64,000 bases of DNA from Octopus bimaculoides (taxonomy: Eukaryota): contig NC_068994.1 in assembly GCF_001194135.2 (NCBI RefSeq), positions 42,935,904 to 42,999,903 of the forward strand, written 5' to 3'. Positions 54,270 through 64,000 of the stretch are shown here, one piece after another (position 1 is the stretch's first letter; every line of letters begins with the position of its first letter). The notes under the pieces are model-generated. The model was not told where the DNA came from, made no database searches, and saw only the letters and a program-made list of their open reading frames with translations. The position numbers were made by a program, and so were the translations under genes.

Positions 54270-55075
54270 CCATTGATAAGGAGTTTGCTAATCCAGTTTC
54301 CAAGATAAATTTTCAGCTCCATACCTATTATTATCATTGGAGCAACAGGATATATATCTACCCATCTAGAAGAAAGTATTGCTGAAGTTGGGTTCTCAGA
54401 GAGACAACATGCATCCTTAATTCATATACTACAAATGATTACAATGTTTAGGACGACAAAAGTCAGCAAGAGCTTCTTAAGGTTTAAATGGTGATGATGG
54501 TTAAAAGAAGATACCTTCCTTCATAATCTTGTTACCAAATAGGTGGCTACTCAGAATTTACTCTAAATTAAAAAGAGAAAGAGAATAACACACACACATA
54601 TATATATATGCATACTGAAATTCCAAGGAAAGGACCTTAGATCTAGGTTAGAAACCAGCTCTTTCTCTATTGGCAAAAAATCTTAAAATAAAGTTAAATA
54701 ATGACATACATACATATTCCCATCAAAACTTCTGTCAAGATGTAAACATAACAGGCCAGATATTGTTGTTTGGGACAAAGGGGCAAAGGTATGTACCATC
54801 ATAGAGGTCAGCTACTCTGCAGGTATAAATATCTCTTTGAAAATCAAAGGAAAAGAGGATATCTAAGGACAGCTGCTTTGAAACCTTCAGCTTCTATATC
54901 CAGACTATAAATTCCTATTCATACCAATGATAATTGGAGCACTAGGTTTTGTTAGTAAATGCTTAAAGGAGAATTTGGATAAACTGGGATTTTCAGAAAG
55001 AGAAATCGACCGGCTAATTCGTGCTTTAGAAGTGGAACAGTAAAAATATGCAAGACTTTTCTCAAGTTGCAAGCG
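54270..55075 (+). mobile_element. Two tandem RLE-type LINE 3' fragments
   Basis: 54270-54480: IPIIIIGATGYISTHLEESIAEVGFSER. 54720-55075: HNRPDIVVWDKGAKVCTIIEVS...LYPDYKFLFIPMIIGALGFVSKCLKENLDKLGFSEREI. Confidence 0.8.
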
Positions 55076-56339
55076 TAAATTTGTCTGTGTTAACAACATC
55101 CCAAAGATAGAGCCTTGTATCTTTGTTGGAAACTGGCTCCCTCCTCAGTAGAATAAATTAGCACCATGACTAAGGCTTGCAAATATAGAGGATGGAAAAG
55201 TGGATGTTAAAATGATGATGATGATGATGATAATGAAATAAATATTTTCTCCAATAAAACAAAACAAAAAAATAAAAAAGATGCTACTCTCGTTGGTATT
55301 TCCCCTCTCCACTTTCTGTATCCCTCACACCATCAAACAAAGTCCCCAAACCCTTAGTACTTTACACATAGCTACGTTGCAGATGTACATGTAAAGTACA
55401 CTACCAACAGCAATCAAAAGAAGACACCCATGATCACACATTGTTAAAGATGACTATCAAGAAATCAATGTATTCCCTTGTCTATCATCAAATAGTCAGC
55501 AAGCTATTTCAACTCCCAAATTGTTTCCAGAGTTTCTGGTCATTTGCCAAGACATTTTCTACACATCATCCATCAAACAAGACAGCTTTCTAAGTTGCCC
55601 TCCTACAAATAAATCCACTACACTATCTTTGTATTCGAAGGTGAAAGTATTGCTGGTGTTGTATTAAGTTTGCTTCCCAATCATGTTATTCCAGATTCAG
55701 TCCCACTGTGTGACACCTTGGTCAAGTGGCTTCTGTATTTAGTCTTGGGCTGATCAAAGCCTTGTGAGTGGATTTTATAGACAGAAACTGAAAAGAAGCC
55801 CATTGTAAGAGAATGATAGAATAAGTTCATTCGGCTAAAAGTGCTTTTGATTATCAGTCTTGTCCTACCAAGATTGATCCAGTGATAGGCAATCACAATT
55901 CCTCCAAATTTACCAAAAGTTTCATGCATGGCACTATTCAAAAGTTTGAGACTATCTGCACACTTTCTTACTTCTTTCTTTTTTTTCTTATGATCTTTCT
56001 GTTGTAACAACTCAAACAATTATGTTTAAATATATAAATGTCACAATTTCAGCTAATACCAGTTGTTTGCCAGTTCATATTTTCATTCTGCTGTACATGT
56101 ACCTGTTCAAAGATAAACTGCCTATAATCATTCATTGTTATGCAGCTGTAAAATCGTTGCTTTTTGTTCTAGTTGTAGTTTATGTAGGAGTTTTAGATGG
56201 TAATTCAGCTTGTACATATTACATTACAGTATTAGACAGAATTTTACTTGAACTCTCTATATATTCACATACATGTTCATAAACGTATGTTTGTGTGTGT
56301 ATGTGTGTGTGTGTGTGCATGACATCTGTGTGTGTGTGT

Positions 56340-56401
<62 letters not shown>

Positions 56402-58025
56402 CTATCTATNNNNNNNNNNNNNNNNNNNNNNNNNNNNNNNNNNNNNNNNNNNNNNNNNNNNNNNNNNNNNNNNNNNNNNNNNNNNNNNNNNNNNNNNNNN
56501 NNNNNNNNNNNNNNNNNNNNNNNNNNNNNNNNNNNNNNNNNNNNNNNNNNNNNNNNNNNNNNNNNNNNNNNNNNNNNNNNNNNNNNNNNNNNNNNNNNNN
56601 NNNNNNNNNNNNNNNNNNNNNNNNNNNNNNNNNNNNNNNNNNNNNNNNNNNNNNNNNNNNNNNNNNNNNNNNNNNNNNNNNNNNNNNNNNNNNNNNNNNN
56701 NNNNNNNNNNNNNNNNNNNNNNNNNNNNNNNNNNNNNNNNNNNNNNNNNNNNNNNNNNNNNNNNNNNNNNNNNNNNNNNNNNNNNNNNNNNNNNNNNNNN
56801 NNNNNNNNNNNNNNNNNNNNNNNNNNNNNNNNNNNNNNNNNNNNNNNNNNNNNNNNNNNNNNNNNNNNNNNNNNNNNNNNNNNNNNNNNNNNNNNNNNNN
56901 NNNNNNNNNNNNNNNNNNNNNNNNNNNNNNNNNNNNNNNNNNNNNNNNNNNNNNNNNNNNNNNNNNNNNNNNNNNNNNNNNNNNNNNNNNNNNNNNNNNN
57001 NNNNNNNNNNNNNNNNNNNNNNNNNNNNNNNNNNNNNNNNNNNNNNNNNNNNNNNNNNNNNNNNNNNGGGGACGTAGACACACCAGCATCGGTTGTCAAG
57101 CGATGTTGGGGGGACAAACCCAGACACACAAACATATACACACACATACATCTATATACATATACATATATACGACGGGCTTCTTCCAGTTTCCATCTAC
57201 CAAATCCACTCACAAGGCTTTGGTCGGCCCGAGGCTATAGTAGAAGACATTTGCCCAAGGTGCCACGCAGTGGGAACGAACCCAGAACCATGTGGTTGGT
57301 AAGCAAGCTACTTACCACACAGCCGCTCCTGCACCTATATGTATATGAAAATAAAGAAAGTTCTGGTAATATTCTGTCTGATGACATAGTGTAATAGGTA
57401 ATACATATGTATATGAGTGTACAACAAGCTTTGACACAATTTCTGTCATCCAAATTCTGCTTACAAGGTATATATATTGGTCAAACCGAAGTTACGGTGA
57501 AAGGCACATTGAAATTGAATAAGGAATTACATAGTTGCAAATCATGTCTGCATTTGTATGCATATGCGTGTGTGTGAATGTGTGCATGCAGGTAGAATAT
57601 GCATAGATGAATGCAAATACAATGGGTAACTTCCTTTGATGTTGTTGCATTTCAAAGACTGTAAGCAGTTAATCCATGTGTTAGCAATTGTATAAATTCA
57701 TAAATTCATCTCCTCAGTGGTGAAAAAAAAAATAAAAAAATTCTTTTGAATTCTCAATAGAAATACTAGACTAAGGACTCGGCAGACTATATGTTTATAA
57801 TCGAAACCATCAATGACAATCAGAATTACATGATTTCCAGATCTCGTTAGTAGATGTTCACATCAACAATCACCATAAATCATAGTAGCAACTTGCACCT
57901 ATCATCATAGATCTTCTCATAGCAATAATTATTTTATAAAAGCCAGTCCTATATGTGTGTGTGTGTATACATATATATGTGTGTATGTGTGTAAATATGT
58001 ATATATGTGTGTGTATATGTATATA

Positions 58026-58056
<31 letters not shown>

Positions 58057-58087
58057 ATGTATATACATACATATATATATATATATA

Positions 58088-58149
<62 letters not shown>

Positions 58150-59124
58150 NNNNNNNNNNNNNNNNNNNNNNNNNNNNNNNNNNNNNNNNNNNNNNNNNNN
58201 NNNNNNNNNNNNNNNNNNNNNNNNNNNNNNNNNNNNNNNNNNNNNNNNNNNNNNNNNNNNNNNNNNNNNNNNNNNNNNNNNNNNNNNNNNNNNNNNNNNN
58301 NNNNNNNNNNNNNNNNNNNNNNNNNNNNNNNNNNNNNNNNNNNNNNNNNNNNNNNNNNNNNNNNNNNNNNNNNNNNNNNNNNNNNNNNNNNNNNNNNNNN
58401 NNNNNNNNNNNNNNNNNNNNNNNNNNNNNNNNNNNNNNNNNNNNNNNNNNNNNNNNNNNNNNNNNNNNNNNNNNNNNNNNNNNNNNNNNNNNNNNNNNNN
58501 NNNNNNNNNNNNNNNNNNNNNNNNNNNNNNNNNNNNNNNNNNNNNNNNNNNNNNNNNNNNNNNNNNNNNNNNNNNNNNNNNNNNNNNNNNNNNNNNNNNN
58601 NNNNNNNNNNNNNNNNNNNNNNNNNNNNNNNNNNNNNNNNNNNNNNNNNNNNNNNNNNNNNNNNNNNNNNNNNNNNNNNNNNNNNNNNNNNNNNNNNNNN
58701 NNNNNNNNNNNNNNNNNNNNNNNNNNNNNNNNNNNNNNNNNNNNNNNNNNNNNNNNNNNNNNNNNNNNNNNNNNNNNNNNNNNNNNNNNNNNNNNNNNNN
58801 NNNNNNNNNNNNNNNNNNNNNNNNNNNNNNNNNNNNNNNNNNNNNNNNNNNNNNNNNNNNNNNNNNNNNNNNNNNNNNNNNNNNNNNNNNNNNNNNNNNN
58901 NNNNNNNNNNNNNNNNNNNNNNNNNNNNNNNNNNNNNNNNNNNNNNNNNNNNNNNNNNNNNNNNNNNNNNNNNNNNNNNNNNNNNNNNNNNNNNNNNNNN
59001 NNNNNNNNNNNNNNNNNNNNNNNNNNNNNNNNNNNNNNNNNNNNNNNNNNNNNNNNNNNNNNNNNNNNNNNNNNNNNNNNNNNNNNNNNNNNNNNNNNNN
59101 NNNNNNNNNNNNNNNNNNNNNNNN

Positions 59125-59156
<32 letters not shown>

Positions 59157-59868
59157 GATGGGCTTCTTTCAGTTTCCATCTACCAAATTCACTCACAAGG
59201 CTTTGGTCGACCCGAGGCTATAGTAGAAGACACTTGCCCAACGTGCCACTTATTTTATCGCGGTCAATAAAATAAGTACCAGTTGTGTACTGAGGTCGAT
59301 CTAATCGACTGCTCCCCCACCTCCCCAAATATTTTGGGCCTTGTGCTTAGAGTAGAAAAGAATAATTCAAAGAGGAACTTAGCAAGAGCCAAGCCATACA
59401 GGCACAATAAGAGTGACAATTATGCTCAAACATTTTTTTTTTTTCCTAGCATAAATTGTTATACTTATGTTCATATTTATATACGTGTAAGTTTATTTGC
59501 ATGCATGTATATGAATAAGTTTACACACACAGTCAATCAAGTTTCATAAGTGCCATTCATGAAACTCTTAGATTTTGAGTCACTTTTGTAACTTCTGCTG
59601 ATTGAAAGTAACAGGTGTGTATATATGTATATATTCATAATGTATGTGTGTGATGCTTGGAAAACTTGACAAGGAATGCACTCACACACAATGCACAAAC
59701 TTCTTTCCCAACTTGTTTGTGTCATTCTGATTTTTAAAAATTTCTTTTATATAATTAATACATAATTTTTTTTTTTTAATTTAAGAAAATGTTCAAACAT
59801 ATATAGATAATAAATATACATGTAATACATATATAATACACACACACATTATACATACACAAATATGA

Positions 59869-59923
<55 letters not shown>

Positions 59924-61626
59924 TACATATACACATATATACAGAAGAACACACTCCCTCTCTCTCTTTCTCTCACACACACACATGCTTGCAAACACAA
60001 AGATGTAAATATACATGTAGCATGTGATATAAGTAGGAAAAATATCTTTGTTATTTCAGCCATGTAATGCAAGATAAATATACATGATGACTGACTGAAA
60101 AATGGAATACTCTAAAAGAAGGTATAAAAAAGAAGTTGAGAGGTCAGATCTTAGAAATACACAACCACATATTTGTGATATCATAAGTGGAAGACATGTA
60201 ATAGAAAACTGTACTGTGAATCATTTCAGCAGAGACGATTATCAAAAAAAGAAAAAAAAAAAAAAAAAATAATAATAATAATAATAACATGCTACACCGA
60301 AAACAACAAGAACGGTGACAACAACAATGAAGATGACAACTATGACAATAATGATGCTATAAGTGGTGGTGGTGGTGGTGGTGGTGGTGTGGATGGCGGT
60401 GGTGATGGTGGTGGGGGTGACAGTGGTGGTGGTGTTGGTAGTGTAGTTATGATGATGATGATGATGATGACGATGATGATGGTAATGATGATGATGATGG
60501 TGATGATGACAATGTCGACAAGGATGACGACGATGAGGGTGATAAAGATAACAACGACAACAACAACAACAGTGATGATAACAACAATGCCTACTCCTAT
60601 GAGTTAATGTGTGCAGTGAACAAAATTACATCCGATTATTTCCATAATAGCAATATCATATTCATAAAACTATAGTTTCCTCCATCATCAACTATATCTG
60701 TTTGAGGCTAACAGCAATAGTTTACATCATGTTACTACCATTTATGATATTCATATATTTTACTTGTTCTGTTTATTTTACAGAAGTGTATCGACTAATT
60801 GGTTATGGTACATGATTTACAATTCCTAGAACAGGAATTCAGATCAGCTGCAGGTTTCTTTGTAGTGTTTCTTGACAAGATATTCAATTCTACTTGCTTA
60901 CCTAAATATCTGGAACATGTACCAGATCACCAAGGGTATCATGGCTTAAGTATAAGTTCCTTTATCATTCGTTTCAATTAAATCAGAGTTAAGCACCCTG
61001 CCAAGAGCCCTTTGCGATTTATATACTAATTAATTTTCCTTGTTAATGAAACTAATTTTCTAATTTCCCATGTGACTTTAAGTATGCCCACGTCATGCTG
61101 CTCTTCTAATGCAATAGTGTTTCACTTATAAAGTATTCAAATCACTGATAACTACCTTATAAGAAGAGTCATTCAGATCTGATTTAGTGATGCAATGTTA
61201 TTTAAGAATTGTGTTTTATGTAATCTATAACCGCTGTGAAGACCTAGTGGTAGGCTCTTGCTTTCACGATCGCTGGATCATGGGTCCAATTCCCTGATTG
61301 GGCAGCACGTTGTGTTCTTGAGCATAACACTTCATTTCATGTTGCTCCAGTCCCCCGTTTGGTGAGGAATGTTGGTCTGCTTGCCTAGCCAGTGGGGTGG
61401 TGTAATTTGAAGGGTAAAACAACGCAAAATGCATTGTGACCAGTGATGTTCAAATAACATCTGATAGCCTAATAACTGTGCTCGGTCATGTATTACACCT
61501 AATGACTGCTGTAATTTGGTCTAAGTGTACACTGAAGTGCCATCTAAATAGTTTTAAAGTGAATCAAATTAAGTATATGCAATATGTGTGGCTAGAAACC
61601 TGACATTGTTCTCCCATTCAACATAC

Positions 61627-61783
61627 CTGGTATTTCCTCATACTGCCCAAAGTCTCTTTCTGTCCAGCAATGTCCAGTGTCCACATGAGAGAACACCATG
61701 TCACTCCAACAATCAGGACTCATAAAGGTGTTCTCTTCAAATCCTCTCCCACCAGATGTCACTGCAGCTTGTGGTATATACAT
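61627..61783 (-). CDS. Exon of an unidentified host gene (157 nt, phase 0 to 1): MYIPQAAVTSGGRGFEENTFMSPDCWSDMVFSHVDTGHCWTERDFGQYEEIP(G)
   Basis: On the minus strand: acceptor ttttcttgttagcag| and donor CAG|gtatgt. The segment is non-repetitive and clearly GC-richer than its flanks, and only one of three frames is open across the whole exon. Protein family not recognised. Confidence 0.6.
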
Positions 61784-62040
61784 CTGCTAACAAGAAAACT
61801 GACATATATTGCATCTTTGAGTTTTTATTTTATGTTGGACAATTTCTAAATTAGTAAACTTATATAAAATAGTTCATATACATTAAACAATACATTACTA
61901 CACTACTAGCAATATATACTAGGTTTGATGGTTTCAGGTTTTATTGAATTAATAAAAAATACAATGAGCTTTTATATTTAGAATTATTTATATGTTATTT
62001 ATATGTCTCTTATAACCCTTCGTACATATACATACATACA

Positions 62041-62107
<67 letters not shown>

Positions 62108-62347
62108 CATCAGTACATCATATGTTCGATAAGCAAGCATACTAAAAAGCATTAGAGCAGTAATGTATTTTTTAGGAAGTTAAAAGTTATGGTCAGTTAT
62201 AGATTGACCATTGGTTTCACAACTATAAAGCACTTAGTGGTATAGGCAACTAGTCAGATTTGAGTCTGACAAGTCTCCTATACTGCTAAGTGCTTTGTAG
62301 GTACAAAACCAATGGTCACTCTATGACCAGCCATAATTTTTAACTTC

Positions 62348-62388
<41 letters not shown>

Positions 62389-62949
62389 GTATGTATATGT
62401 GTGTGTGTCTGTGTGAACGTGTGTGTAGATATATGTGTGTATGAGTGTGTATACACACACACACACGTTTCTATAACTTAGCAATACGACAAACGAGTCT
62501 GATAGAATAGGCACCAGACTTAGAATAGAACAAGTACTGGGGTTATTTATTTGTGTGACTAAACCCTTCAAGTCACCATAGCTGCATTCAGATGACCGAA
62601 ACAAATGGAAGAACATGTGTGTGCATGTGTATATGTCTCTGCGTGTGTGTGTCTGTGTCTGTGTAGTATTTTTTTTGTATCATTCACTTGTCTGTGTCAT
62701 TTTCCTTATGCTTTTGCTCGGTATTCAGTAGAATGGTTATTTTTTTTCTTTCTCAGGGATAGGATACAAATACTTATTTTTTTATTTCTCATTATAAAGC
62801 ATAGAATGAAAATTTGAGTCTAGTTCAAGGTTGATATTCTATATTGAATTTATGAAAAAAGAAAAAAAAAAAACATTTCCCCTCTTATTCTACGTTAATC
62901 TTCAATATAAAGCATAAGGCAAATATTCAAATCTATTTAAAGCTACTCA

Positions 62950-64000
62950 AGTTATATTGATGGTTCTTTATTTTTTTGTAACATTTGTAGACATACATTT
63001 AGATATTGTTATATGTCATTGAAACAGCTCATGGGACATCATATATATAGCAAAACAATATCTACTATTTTCTTTGTGCCATCTAAAACATATGAAAAAA
63101 AATATTCATTTTAACCTGGCAAGAAGAATCTGAAGAATTGTATGCAATCGAGAAACCCAAGAGAAACAACTTCAAGAACTTAAAAATATATTACTTCAAA
63201 AATAATATTCAGTAATTTTAATCAATAACAGAATAGAATGGGCAAAAACAATCGACACCCCAAAATTATCAAAAAAGAAGAAAGATCCATGATACATTCA
63301 ATACTTTACAATATACAAGGGGGTGATGAAGAATTCCTGGCTTTAAGAGTATTGCAAAAGGCTTGGTTGGAGGCCCAACCTTCTGAGTTCTTTTACAGAG
63401 CTTAGAAAAACTGAGGGACCACTGCAATAAGTGCATGAATCTGAGAAGGGAATAAAGTCATAATTAACTGATCCTCCTGTATTTTCTTTTATTCAAAGCC
63501 AGGAACTTTTCAGCATCCCCTCATATATATATATATCAACCCACAATCCAAGAAATATGAAAGCATATAATATCAAGTATCAAAACATTCCAATTTTGAT
63601 GAACAACCCACATATGAAAATGTCACTCAAAACACAAAACAAACTGATAGTAAAAGCTAACCTAAATCTTTAAAACTCCACATACTAGTGCCAAATTACC
63701 ACCGAAAATATAACCCCAATAATTGCAGAATCTATATCAACCCCATTGAAAACTCGACATTGGAATTCAAATCAGGACAAACATATACTATAAGAAGTAA
63801 TTTCACTTGTGCATCAACAAATTTAATTTATGTTATCAAATGTAGTATGTGGTGAAAATCACATAGGACAAACAGGTTTAACACTCAGATACAGAATAAC
63901 AGTACACACTTCACATCATATTTGCTGTTATAAATATAGATTACTGAGAAAGGTGTGATGGAAGCAGAGATAAGTTTATTTAATTCAACGATTGTTTATA
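62950..64000 (+). mobile_element. Penelope-like element fragment (RT C-terminus and GIY-YIG endonuclease), interrupted by a mariner MITE
   Basis: CHLKHMKKNIHFNLARRI...LQELKNILL (PLE RT thumb region) and YTIRSNFTCASTNLIYVIKC/CGENHIGQTGLTLRYRITVH (GIY-YIG), with stops and frameshifts. Confidence 0.8.
63316..63523 (+). mobile_element. Mariner-derived MITE (second copy), inserted in the Penelope fragment
   Basis: TA|CAAGGGGGTGATGAAGAATTCCTGGCT...AGCCAGGAACTTTTCAGCATCCCCTCA|TA; homologous to 18309-18525. Confidence 0.85.

Noticed and set aside
55914-55955. 42-nt in-phase candidate exon (DSLKLLNSAMHETF)
   Set aside because: The sequence upstream of the AG is purine-rich, with no polypyrimidine tract.
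60784-60852. Strong plus-strand acceptor ttctgtttattttacag (also at about 38105 and 19783)
   Set aside because: At 60784 all frames stop. At the other two sites there is no strong donor. No coherent plus-strand exon chain was found.

Overview
This is eukaryotic, very AT-rich, microsatellite-dense draft genomic DNA with many N gaps (largest 42884-43381, 45953-46461, 49985-50849, 56410-57067, 58150-59124). The repeat families look like those of a coleoid cephalopod, probably Octopus; this is inferred from recognising the repeats, not from a search. There is no long genuine ORF: nearly all of the ORF track is translated microsatellite or N. The window is best read as long intron(s) of a minus-strand host gene. 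One well-formed 157-nt exon (61627-61783) and several short candidate exons (33, 51, 23, 18 and 84 nt) can be chained in frame, but I cannot identify the protein. The rest is transposon debris: several tRNA-derived SINE families, RTE and R4/Dong-type (RLE) LINE fragments, a Penelope-like RT/GIY-YIG fragment, two mariner transposase fragments, mariner/Tc1, hAT and piggyBac-type MITEs, and a Helentron-type (HINE) element. The most notable observations are (i) an inverted-repeat element at about 6880-7810 carrying three degenerate minimal hammerhead-ribozyme motifs, (ii) local retention of CpG in old SINEs at 48.8-52.7 kb and a CpG-rich patch at 40.8-41.1 kb, suggesting internal promoters, and (iii) micro-exon and recursive-splice candidates. 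No prokaryotic system, CRISPR array, rRNA or true tRNA gene is supported. Repeat coordinates without a stated TSD are approximate.
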